Shown here one piece after another: positions 8,281-17,087 of a DNA stretch of 64,000 nt (positions are counted from its first letter, which is position 1; each line of letters opens with the position of its first letter). The stretch is from Bacteroidales bacterium (GTDB lineage: Bacteria; Bacteroidota; Bacteroidia; Bacteroidales; UBA7960), in assembly GCA_003560165.1 (NCBI GenBank), contig PWJC01000070.1:594-64593 (forward strand). Reading direction: 5' to 3'. The notes beneath the pieces were generated by a model that worked only from the letters and a program-made list of their open reading frames with translations, ran no database searches and was not told the origin of the DNA. Made by a program: the position numbers and the translations under genes.

Positions 8281-9639
8281 ATGGGGATTATTTCAACACA
8301 GGCCGGCATGATACCACATGGCCAATTTCTGAGAAAGAGCATCCACCTGCTGACAGGTGCCGGGTTGCTGGCGCTGACCTATCTGCTTGAAAGAGAATTG
8401 CTGCTGGGGGTTATTGCAACCGGCACCGTATTCTCCTTTGCCACCTACAACAAGAGGTCATTCAGGGCATTGCACAAGCAGTCGGGCAACAGCCTGGGCA
8501 CCCTTTTCTATCCGCTGGGAGTACTGACGGCTTTTCTGTTGCTCTACAGGATGCCCGTACATTATTTCCAGATCTGCCTGGCAATTCTTGTCGCGGGCGA
8601 CACAATGGCCTTTTTGGCCGGTCAGCTGCAACCCGGCAATATCCGCTTCCATGCACTGAGGGAGGAGAAAAGCCTCTTTGGCGTACTGGGCTTTGCCATC
8701 ACCACCTTTTTTATCCTGTTTGCCCTTTTGCCGGAAACCGAATTCGGGATTCCGACATATGTTATCCTTACCATCATCCTGGCCATCAATTTCGAATTGA
8801 TCTCCTACAGGGGTTCGGACAACTTCAGCATCCCGGTGGGCTGCGCACTGTATTTTCTGATCATGGAATTTCATGAAGGCAGCCTTGGTTTCCTGATCGG
8901 CGTGGTACTCATCAGCCTGCTTGGTTCGGCCTTGCTGTACCATTACCGGGTGTTGAGCAAAACCGGGAGTTTTGCCACCTATATCCTGGGTATTTATTTT
9001 TTTGGCGTATTGGGTATAAGCTGGAGCATCCCGGTACTTGCCTTTTTTTTCACATCAGTGGTCTTTACCAGGATCCATACAGCACGGCGGAAAAAGCCCC
9101 CCCTGGCCGATGCCCGCAATGCCTGGCAGGTGCTGGCAAACATCCTTTGGGCGCTGGTGGCCTCCGCAGCCTACCTGATCAGCAAACACGATGGGTTTAT
9201 ACTTGCCTATGTTGCACTGATAGCGGCTGTAACTGCCGACACCTGGTCGAGTGAGATCGGGCCGGTTTTCCATAAACGCTGCTTCTCCCTGGCCGACATG
9301 GGGATGCGGGGCGCCGGCATATCCGGCGGCATTTCCGCTGCAGGTACCCTGGCGGCCATTGCCGGTGCATTGTTTATCGCCGTTTTGTCGCTCCAGGCCT
9401 TCTTTGGCAGCACAAACATGCAATTGCTGGGGATGCTGGCAGCTTCTGGCTTCCTGGCCTCTGTGGCTGATTCTTTCCTGGGTGCATACCTGGAGCCCGG
9501 ATTGCAGCGGCTGGCCGTTTTTAAACCGGCAGCCCGCAACGACACAGACAGGCTGACCCCCAACGATGTGGTCAACCTGCTCTCATCGGCTTCCGCTCCG
9601 GTTTTCTTCTTGCTGATCAGGTACTTGCTGGTGGGCTAA
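8281..9639 (+). CDS. Fusion membrane protein: CTP-dependent dolichol/phytol-kinase-like domain (COG0170) plus DUF92/TMEM19 domain (COG1836, VTE6-like)
   Basis: N-terminal half has FLRKSIHLLTG, GTLFYPLG, VAGDTMAFLAGQ...EEKSLFGVLGF and GSDNFSIP (COG0170 pattern). C-terminal half has TADTWSSEIG, GISGGISAAGTLAAIAG and SVADSFLGA (DUF92 pattern). Start is uncertain: ATGs at 8167, 8281 and 8308. Confidence 0.7.
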   Translation: MGIISTQAGMIPHGQFLRKSIHLLTGAGLLALTYLLERELLLGVIATGTVFSFATYNKRSFRALHKQSGNSLGTLFYPLGVLTAFLLLYRMPVHYFQICLAILVAGDTMAFLAGQLQPGNIRFHALREEKSLFGVLGFAITTFFILFALLPETEFGIPTYVILTIILAINFELISYRGSDNFSIPVGCALYFLIMEFHEGSLGFLIGVVLISLLGSALLYHYRVLSKTGSFATYILGIYFFGVLGISWSIPVLAFFFTSVVFTRIHTARRKKPPLADARNAWQVLANILWALVASAAYLISKHDGFILAYVALIAAVTADTWSSEIGPVFHKRCFSLADMGMRGAGISGGISAAGTLAAIAGALFIAVLSLQAFFGSTNMQLLGMLAASGFLASVADSFLGAYLEPGLQRLAVFKPAARNDTDRLTPNDVVNLLSSASAPVFFLLIRYLLVG

Positions 9640-10559
9640 AGCAGTCTGAACAACAGCCCCGCCACCAAAAAGAACGAAAAAAGCAGGTGCAGGAGCACCG
9701 TCAGTTTCGCGACTTTTTTCAGTGGGCCCGGCTTGCCGTGATCCCTGACGATACCGGCAGCGGCAACCGGGAAAACGAAGAGGTAAGGGATCAGTGCCAG
9801 CAGCACAGGCCAGGACGGCGTGGGCAAATACAGGTAAAGCAGCACGATATTGGCCACAATACCCAACTGTACAAGCAGGTAAAGCACCGAAGTGAAGCGG
9901 GTGCCCAGTCTGGAGGCCACCCCGCGTTTTCCTCCCTGGCGGTCGGCATCCAGATCGATCAATTGCCCAACCAGGAGAATGGACAATGTGCTTAAACCGG
10001 TGGCTGGCATCAGGAACCCAATTTGCGGATGCCAGCCCAGATCCTGGCCTACCGAGGCAAGCATAACGGCCATCGGACCAAAGGCAAACCATACAGAAAC
10101 CTCTCCCATCCCCCGGTATGCGAGTTTAACAGGAGGCGCAGTATAATACTTGCTGAAAAAAGCCGACAACACATAAAGAAATCCCAGCAATGGAAGCAAA
10201 TCCCGGCTGACAAGAAAAGCAAGAACAAGGGTCCCGGCCAGGGCAATCAGCAGGGAGGCCCTGGCGATCTGGAACATACGTCCCATCAGGCTGGGGTGGT
10301 CCTGCAATATGCCCGACCCGCCACTGGCCTCATTCCGGTGCACGTTCACCCTGTCGGTGCCCTGAATGGTGTCGTAGATATCGTTATAGACATTAACGGC
10401 AGCGTGCAGCCCGATGCCGATGATCAAAACCATCAACAAGCCGGGGAGATAAACGCCGCTGCCAACGCCGGCTGCCAGCAATGTCCCGGCCAAAAGCGGG
10501 GTAATAATGGAGCTCAAAAAAGGAGCCCTGATCATCTTCAGTATTCCTGGTTTATCCAT
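9636..10559 (-). CDS. UbiA-family aromatic prenyltransferase (MenA-like)
   Basis: First Asp-rich motif NVYNDIYDTIQGTD, second motif DLDADRQGGKRGVASRLG, about 8-9 TM segments. Confidence 0.8.
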   Translation of the reverse strand: MDKPGILKMIRAPFLSSIITPLLAGTLLAAGVGSGVYLPGLLMVLIIGIGLHAAVNVYNDIYDTIQGTDRVNVHRNEASGGSGILQDHPSLMGRMFQIARASLLIALAGTLVLAFLVSRDLLPLLGFLYVLSAFFSKYYTAPPVKLAYRGMGEVSVWFAFGPMAVMLASVGQDLGWHPQIGFLMPATGLSTLSILLVGQLIDLDADRQGGKRGVASRLGTRFTSVLYLLVQLGIVANIVLLYLYLPTPSWPVLLALIPYLFVFPVAAAGIVRDHGKPGPLKKVAKLTVLLHLLFSFFLVAGLLFRLL

Positions 10560-10678
10560 ATGCCGATTCCCTGAATAGCAAATACAAAAAAACCAACAGC
10601 CAATGGCACGCTTTGTTCATGGCAGGAAACTGCCTGAGAGCTTGGTGGGGGTTTGAGCCGGCCATCCCATCGCAGGCA

Positions 10679-12919
10679 TCAGAACTCACCGGCAAAGCGC
10701 AAGCCGAACTGCCGTTGTGGCTGGATGTCGCCAGGCCTGCCCATGATTTCGGCATTGGTCACATTGTGCAGGACCAGCGAGATGCGGTACGCTGCACCAA
10801 GTGAGCGGGCCAGGTGAACGTCGGCCCTTATATGCCCGCCCTGGCTTGCCATCCAGTAATCGTAGAAGCCGGGCAAAATACGCTCCCTTATCTGGGGAAG
10901 CAGGAACACATCGTCGATTTCCAGAATGCGGGAGCGCGCATGCAATCCGATGCCGGCCTCCCAGGGGCCACGGGCAGTGATCAGATTCAGTGCAGCAGAA
11001 TGCTTTCTGCGGTATTTGAGGTAGTTCCCGGTATTGCGCCAGTTTCGCTGATCGAACTCCACAGGGAGCATCCATACATATCCGCCCTGCAAGCTGGTGT
11101 GAACTCCCCGTTTGCTGTGGGTGAACAAAAATTCGAGTTCGGCACCGGTTACCCTTGAGTACTCCTGGTTAACGGCCCTGAAACCAAAGCCGGCTCCTGA
11201 GTGGTACCCAAAGAGGTATTCGATCAGGTCTTTGTTTTGGATATAGAACAAGGTCAGGTCGATCACTCCGTCGAGGGCCGGGGTAAGCAGACCCTGTTTG
11301 AGCCCCACTTCGGCATTCCAACCCGATTCGGGCTTCAGGTGCGGGTTTGGCACTATCTGTACCACTCCCAATGAGGTCCGGGCATATTTTTCGGCTATCG
11401 ACGGTACTCTGTACCCCATACCATAGGAAGCGCGCAAAAAACGGCTGTCAGACAGCCTGTAATTGAGGCCTGCCCTGAACAGGGGCACCGGATGGTCGGC
11501 TTCGCCGTTCAGGCTGTTGTGCTCCAGCCGCAGCCCGGCAACCAGGTTCAGCCGGCCGCCCAGGGGTAAACCGAGTTGGGAATAGACCGACAGGTTGAGG
11601 GCGTCGTGGTTGCCATAAAAATTGGAACACACCTGGCTGCGATGAAAGACCAGCCCGGCATTCAGTGAAAGCCCTCGGCCCAGGGGTCCGTCAAGCTGAT
11701 ATTCCGAATACACCGAACGGGTGCTGCTGTTGTTCTGCACCGTAACCGGATACCGGTTTTCGGTTAACTGTATCCGGCTGCGCCAATCGTGAGAAAAACC
11801 ATTTTCACGGGCAATGCCGGCAAAGGGATCGATATAAAGAAACCGACCTTTCATATGCGAAACAACCTCTTCGTTTTGTTTCAGGGCCCCGGTCCGGGCA
11901 TCTTCCCAGAGGAAGAAGTCCCGCTTGTCCGAATAGCCGCCATTGATGGCCGCCCCATACGAAACCCCTTCGAAACGGCGGCTGTGCCGTTGCATCCTCG
12001 CATTCATGCGCAGCAGCCTTTCGTCATTCAGGCGGCGGTATCCCTGATCGTCCAGCAGAAAAACTCCCATGTTCAGGCCGGTACGTCCGTATTGGCCTGC
12101 ATGAGATAAGGAGGCTTTCCTGAACCTTTGCGGCTTGTCCCACCATATCCAGTCGCGGTTTCTGGGCCGGGCATACAGGCCCGACTCCGCAAAAAACCTC
12201 GACTGGGGGACGGGAGGCGGATCGGCCGTCCTGAAGTTAACAATGCCATTGAGAGCAGAAGAACCGTACAAGACCGAACTGGCCCCCTTGATGACCTCTA
12301 TCTGGGAAATGTTTTCCAGGGGCAGCGTCTGCCAGCGGATGCTTCCGGCATCAGCCGATATCATGGGCAAGCCGTCCACCAGTGCCAGGACCCTGCTGCC
12401 CGCTCCATAGCTGAATCCGCTGCCGCCACGGATGGAAGCCTGGCCGTCGAGTACCTCGATGGCTGAAAGCTTGTTCATGATGTCCTTTGGGTCGGTCAGG
12501 TGTACGGCAGACAGGGAGGCAGGCCGGATCATGCTTACCGATACGGCGGATTCAGACACCCGCTGCTCCATCCTGGAAGCGCTCACCACCACCTGATCCA
12601 TTCCGGTGGGGACCGGGTCCAGGCCGATGCGCAAAAAGAGGCTGTCTCCCGCCCCCAGGCTGATTTGGCGGCTTTCCGGAGAATACCCCATATAATAAAC
12701 CGTCATTTGCCAATCGCCCGCTGTCAGGTCAATCCGGAAATTACCCTCTTCCGAGCTGGCCGTACCCCGGCCAGGCCCGAGCATGATAGTTGCCCCCGGC
12801 AATGGGGTCAGGGTCTGGCTGTCAAAAACATGACCGCAAACAATGGCCGGGTTGCGGGCCAGGCCCCCGCTTGCAAAGGTCGCCAGCAGGAAACCGATAA
12901 GATGCAACTGCCTGATCAT
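10679..12919 (-). CDS. TonB-dependent receptor with N-terminal carboxypeptidase-regulatory-like domain
   Basis: Signal peptide, CarboxypepD_reg-like segment (VFDSQTLTPLPGATI), plug (LSAIEVLDG...IRGG, ISQIEVIKGASSVLYGSSALNGIVN), long barrel, terminal GLRFAGEF. The track start at 12925 is a TTG, and the first ATG is at 12919. Confidence 0.85.
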   Translation of the reverse strand: MIRQLHLIGFLLATFASGGLARNPAIVCGHVFDSQTLTPLPGATIMLGPGRGTASSEEGNFRIDLTAGDWQMTVYYMGYSPESRQISLGAGDSLFLRIGLDPVPTGMDQVVVSASRMEQRVSESAVSVSMIRPASLSAVHLTDPKDIMNKLSAIEVLDGQASIRGGSGFSYGAGSRVLALVDGLPMISADAGSIRWQTLPLENISQIEVIKGASSVLYGSSALNGIVNFRTADPPPVPQSRFFAESGLYARPRNRDWIWWDKPQRFRKASLSHAGQYGRTGLNMGVFLLDDQGYRRLNDERLLRMNARMQRHSRRFEGVSYGAAINGGYSDKRDFFLWEDARTGALKQNEEVVSHMKGRFLYIDPFAGIARENGFSHDWRSRIQLTENRYPVTVQNNSSTRSVYSEYQLDGPLGRGLSLNAGLVFHRSQVCSNFYGNHDALNLSVYSQLGLPLGGRLNLVAGLRLEHNSLNGEADHPVPLFRAGLNYRLSDSRFLRASYGMGYRVPSIAEKYARTSLGVVQIVPNPHLKPESGWNAEVGLKQGLLTPALDGVIDLTLFYIQNKDLIEYLFGYHSGAGFGFRAVNQEYSRVTGAELEFLFTHSKRGVHTSLQGGYVWMLPVEFDQRNWRNTGNYLKYRRKHSAALNLITARGPWEAGIGLHARSRILEIDDVFLLPQIRERILPGFYDYWMASQGGHIRADVHLARSLGAAYRISLVLHNVTNAEIMGRPGDIQPQRQFGLRFAGEF

Positions 12920-13137
12920 GGGCAAAAATCTGTTTGAGAACCGGCTGCAAAAGCTTCTTTAAACTTACAAATTTTCCGGTTTCCAACCCCGGCATGCCGC
13001 CGTAAAAAGTGAGTGGCCCGGCATAAAGCATTTTATAAGGGATTGCCGGGCATATTTTTCGATGAGAACCGTGGGCAGGCGACTAAAATTTTGTATATTT
13101 AACACATCCCTTTAAGTATTCATCAAAAAAATCGACC

Positions 13138-13725
13138 ATGAACCTTGTTGAGCGGGTAAAGAACATCCTTGTGAATCCCAAAACCGAATGGGAGGTCATA
13201 GAAAAAGAGAGCACTCCGGTCCAGGAACTGGTTACCGGCTATTTGCTTATCCTCGCCCTTCTTCCCTTTTTTGGCAACCTGATCGGGTATTGGCTGGTGG
13301 GCTACAGGGTGCCTTTTGTGGGTTATGAAAGCGGTTTCGGTCTGGGCCTCAGACACGGGATCATCGCCTTTGCCTCACCGGTGATTGCCGCTTTTATTGC
13401 CGCTTTTGTGATCAACTCCCTTGCCCCCTCCTTTTCTTCGATCAAGGATTTTCGCCGGGCCATGCAGCTGGTGGTGTATTCCTTCACACCCAGCTTGGTT
13501 GCCGGCATCCTGATGATCATCCCCTCCCTGGGGATCATAGCCACACTGGCCGGCATTTACGGCCTGTATATACTGTATGTGGGCATGAAACCAATCATGA
13601 AAACCCCCGACGAAAAAGTCACCTCCTATTTTATCGTAAGCCTGCTGGTGATCATTGTGGCCAGCCTGGTTGTCGGCGCCATCCTGTCGGCCCTGTTTGT
13701 TGGCCGTCATGCCATGATGGTGTAA
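13138..13725 (+). CDS. Yip1-family (DUF1282-like) integral membrane protein
   Basis: MNLVERVKNILVNPKTEWEVIEKE N-terminus followed by 5 TM segments. Recognised by recollection of the Yip1/DUF1282 pattern. Confidence 0.6.
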   Translation: MNLVERVKNILVNPKTEWEVIEKESTPVQELVTGYLLILALLPFFGNLIGYWLVGYRVPFVGYESGFGLGLRHGIIAFASPVIAAFIAAFVINSLAPSFSSIKDFRRAMQLVVYSFTPSLVAGILMIIPSLGIIATLAGIYGLYILYVGMKPIMKTPDEKVTSYFIVSLLVIIVASLVVGAILSALFVGRHAMMV

Positions 13726-13809
13726 AAAGCGGGTTTGTTCCCTTGCATGCTGCAGGCCGGCAACCCGATCTGGGATACCTGGTATTCCTTCTAATCAAAA
13801 ACATTTACT

Positions 13810-16554
13810 ATGGCAGTCAATAACAACGGAAACGGGAAAGAGAAAGAGAAAGAGAAAAAACAAGGACAGGAACAAGGGCAGGGCAAAAAATGGTACTCCC
13901 TGGAGGCCAGCGAAGCCCTGGAGCATTTCGACACCGACCAGGATAAGGGGCTTGACCCGGAGGAAGTCAAAAAACGGCTTGAGAAATACGGGCCCAACGA
14001 ATTGCCCAAAGGAAGAAAAAGCACTGTGCTGGAACGATTGGCACGGCAATTTAAAAACGTGCTCATCTACGTGCTGCTGGTAGCCGCCGTCATCACTGCC
14101 CTGATGGAACACTGGGTCGACACCTGGGTTATCCTGGGGGTGGTGATCATCAATGCCGTGATCGGTTTTATCCAGGAAGGAAAGGCCGAAAAGGCACTCG
14201 AAGACATCCGGGAGATGCTCTCTTTGGAAGCCGTGGTGCTGAGAAACGGGGAGAAAAAGACCATCGATGCCGAAGAACTGGTTCCCGGTGATATTGTCTT
14301 GCTCAAATCGGGCGACAAAATCCCGGCCGACCTTCGCCTGGTCAAATCCAAGGACCTGCGTACCGAGGAGGCCCCGCTTACCGGCGAATCCACCTCTGTG
14401 GACAAAAGCACCGAACCCGCCGAAGAGGATGCCGTGATCGGCGACCGCAGTTCCATGGCGTTCTCGGGCACAGTGGTCACTTACGGCAAAGCCACCGGTG
14501 TGGTGGTGGCTACCGGTTTCGACACCGAGATCGGGAAGATCAGCAAAATGATGTCGGAAGTGAAAGAGATCACCACCCCCCTGTTGCAGAAGATCGATCA
14601 TTTCGCCAAGTGGCTGGCCGTGGTCATCCTTGCAGCCAGTGGCCTGTTCTTTGCTTTCGGTTATTTTTTCAGGGATTATGAAGTGGTGGAGTTATTCATG
14701 GCGACGATCGGTCTTATTGTTGCAGCCATCCCTTCGGGCCTGCCCGCCATCATGACCATTACCCTGGCCATCGGGGTGCAGCGAATGGCCGACAGGAATG
14801 CGATCATCCGGAAGTTGCCGTCGGTCGAAACCCTCGGGGCAGTCAACGACATCTGTTCGGACAAAACGGGGACCCTCACCCGCAACGAGATGACGGCCAA
14901 AACCATCATCACCGCCGACAGGGAATACCAGGTGGAGGGCACCGGCTATAAGCCGGAGGGCAACATACTGGCAGACGACAAAGAGGTCGACCCCGAAGAA
15001 GACGAGGTGTTATGGAAACTGCTACAGACCATACGCACGAGCAACAACTCCGAGATCGGGAAGGAGGATGGCGAATGGAAACTCACCGGCACCCCCACCG
15101 AAGGGGCCCTGCTTACCCTCAGTTATAAGGCCGGATTAAAGGACTTCAAGCCCGAACGCATCGACAGCATTCCGTTCGAGTCGGATCACAAATACATGGC
15201 CACCCTCAACAAGGTGGATAATGAGGTATTTGTGTTTATGACGGGAGCACCCGAAAAGGTGCTGGAGATGTGCAGCAGGCAAATGACCCGCGACGGCGAA
15301 AAAGACCTGGACCAGGAATTCTGGGAAGAAAAGATGGAAGAGGTGGCCGCAAAGGGTCAACGCCTTCTGGCTGCCGCCTTCAGCAAAACCGGCAGCGACC
15401 GCAAAGAGATCGAAAAAGACGACTTGGAGCACAACAAGGTATTCCTGGGCATAGTGGGGATAATCGACCCTCCGCGCGACAACGTGATCGAAGCCATCAA
15501 GGAATGCAAAGAAGCCGGCATCAGGGTAAGGATGATCACCGGCGACCACGCCATCACCGCCAAAGCCATCGGCAAGGAGATCGGCATCGGCGATGGGGAA
15601 AAGGCCCTTACGGGCAAGGAGCTGGAAAATATGAACGACAGTGAGCTCAGGGAGGCTTCCGAAGAATACGATGTGTACGCCCGGACCAGCCCCGAACACA
15701 AGCTCCGCCTGGTCAAGGCCCTCCAGGCAAACAACCGCCTGTGTGCCATGACGGGCGATGGGGTCAATGATGCCCCGGCCCTTAAAAAAGCCAACATCGG
15801 CATTGCCATGGGCATCAAGGGCACGGAGGTGTCGAAAGATGCTTCCGAAATGGTGCTGGCCGACGACAACTTCGCCTCCATTGTCAATGCGGTGGAAGAA
15901 GGCAGGACGGTATACGACAACATACAGAAGGCCCTGCTGTTCATCCTGCCCACCAACGGTGCCGAGTCACTGGTGCTGATCGCCGCCATCCTGATGGGCA
16001 TCGCCATGCCCATCACCCCTTTGCAGATCCTTTGGGTCAACATGGTCACGGCGGTTACCCTGGCCGTATCCCTGTCATTCGAGCCCATGGAAGACGAAGT
16101 GATGCAACGTAGCCCCCGCGCCCCCGACAAACCCATACTCGGACCGATCTTCATCTGGCGGATCGTATTTGTGTCTATACTGGTAGGTGCCTTTACCATG
16201 ATGGCCTACCATTATGTGGCCGACATCCTCGAAATGGGGCGGGACCTGGCCCGGACGGTTGCCGTAAACACCCTGGTGGCCGGTCAGTTGTTTTACCTGT
16301 ACAATTGCCGCAAGATCAAGCAGCCAAGCTTGGGCAAGGGCTTCTTCAACAACAGGGTAGCCTTTATCGCGACCACTGCCCTGATCCTGATACAGATCTT
16401 CTTTGTGTACTCTGCCTTCATGAACACCTATTTCGATACCGAGCCCATGGAAATCAATTTCTGGCTGATCCCGCTCGGATCGGGCCTTGTCGTATTTTTC
16501 GTCGTGGAGTTGGAAAAATTCATTGCCAACAGGATTGTTGCCCGAAAAAAATAA
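13810..16554 (+). CDS. Cation-transporting P-type ATPase (type II, Ca2+/Mg2+-ATPase-like)
   Basis: TGES actuator motif, phosphorylation site CSDKTGTLT, MITGDH, hinge TGDGVNDAPALK, 10 predicted TM segments. Confidence 0.9.
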   Translation: MAVNNNGNGKEKEKEKKQGQEQGQGKKWYSLEASEALEHFDTDQDKGLDPEEVKKRLEKYGPNELPKGRKSTVLERLARQFKNVLIYVLLVAAVITALMEHWVDTWVILGVVIINAVIGFIQEGKAEKALEDIREMLSLEAVVLRNGEKKTIDAEELVPGDIVLLKSGDKIPADLRLVKSKDLRTEEAPLTGESTSVDKSTEPAEEDAVIGDRSSMAFSGTVVTYGKATGVVVATGFDTEIGKISKMMSEVKEITTPLLQKIDHFAKWLAVVILAASGLFFAFGYFFRDYEVVELFMATIGLIVAAIPSGLPAIMTITLAIGVQRMADRNAIIRKLPSVETLGAVNDICSDKTGTLTRNEMTAKTIITADREYQVEGTGYKPEGNILADDKEVDPEEDEVLWKLLQTIRTSNNSEIGKEDGEWKLTGTPTEGALLTLSYKAGLKDFKPERIDSIPFESDHKYMATLNKVDNEVFVFMTGAPEKVLEMCSRQMTRDGEKDLDQEFWEEKMEEVAAKGQRLLAAAFSKTGSDRKEIEKDDLEHNKVFLGIVGIIDPPRDNVIEAIKECKEAGIRVRMITGDHAITAKAIGKEIGIGDGEKALTGKELENMNDSELREASEEYDVYARTSPEHKLRLVKALQANNRLCAMTGDGVNDAPALKKANIGIAMGIKGTEVSKDASEMVLADDNFASIVNAVEEGRTVYDNIQKALLFILPTNGAESLVLIAAILMGIAMPITPLQILWVNMVTAVTLAVSLSFEPMEDEVMQRSPRAPDKPILGPIFIWRIVFVSILVGAFTMMAYHYVADILEMGRDLARTVAVNTLVAGQLFYLYNCRKIKQPSLGKGFFNNRVAFIATTALILIQIFFVYSAFMNTYFDTEPMEINFWLIPLGSGLVVFFVVELEKFIANRIVARKK

Positions 16555-16570
16555 TGGATCGTTGTTTATC

Positions 16571-16745
<175 letters not shown>

Positions 16746-16841
16746 GTTTGGGGTTTTCCAAGGTTTTAGCAATCGCACTGCCTGCGGGCAGACGCGAAAT
16801 GTCATTTCACATTAATCCTAACTGCATCAAAAAATCGTCAC

Positions 16842-17087
16842 ATGAAAATCAATATGGGAAGCACCGACAGGGTCATACGGCTGATCCTTGCGGTATTTAT
16901 TGGCATTCTTTTCGTTACCGGCATCATCGGCGGCACGTCCGGAATTGTTCTGCTGGTAGTGGCCGGCATTTTGCTCATTACCACAATTACCGGTTTCTGC
17001 GGGCTGTATCGATTGCTCGGCATCAACACCTGCCGCCTGAAGGCCGGGAAAAAGGGAAGGGGAACAGAGCAGGAGCCGGCCCCATGA
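16842..17087 (+). CDS. DUF2892 (YgaP-type) small membrane protein
   Basis: MKINMGSTDRVIRLILAVFIG...ITGFCGLYRLLGINTC is the characteristic DUF2892 pattern. Confidence 0.6.
   Translation: MKINMGSTDRVIRLILAVFIGILFVTGIIGGTSGIVLLVVAGILLITTITGFCGLYRLLGINTCRLKAGKKGRGTEQEPAP

Noticed and set aside
10604-10618. Sigma-54-like promoter TGGCACG-N4-GTTC
   Set aside because: The -12 element matches only 2 of 4 positions (GTTC versus TTGC). The site also points into the 3' end of the receptor gene on the wrong strand.
12920-13137. Cobalamin (or other) riboswitch in the leader of the TonB-dependent receptor
   Set aside because: The minus-strand leader contains GGGCCACTC (a B12-box-like fragment), a 7-bp GC hairpin (13016-13051) and the palindrome CGGCATGCCG (12990-12999). 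I could not align the other conserved cobalamin-riboswitch blocks (AAxAGGGAA, GGTGxAAxTCC, CCCGCxxCTGT). It remains an unexplained structured leader at most. A covariance-model scan (Rfam RF00174 and others) would settle it.
13795-16199. Minus-strand ORFs 13795-14601 and 15357-16199 opposite the P-type ATPase. Similar cases are 1578-2423, 22951-23730, 24004-25382, 26028-27227, 49585-50332, 55550-56383 and 59557-60282.
   Set aside because: All are antisense shadows of genes with clear family motifs on the other strand.
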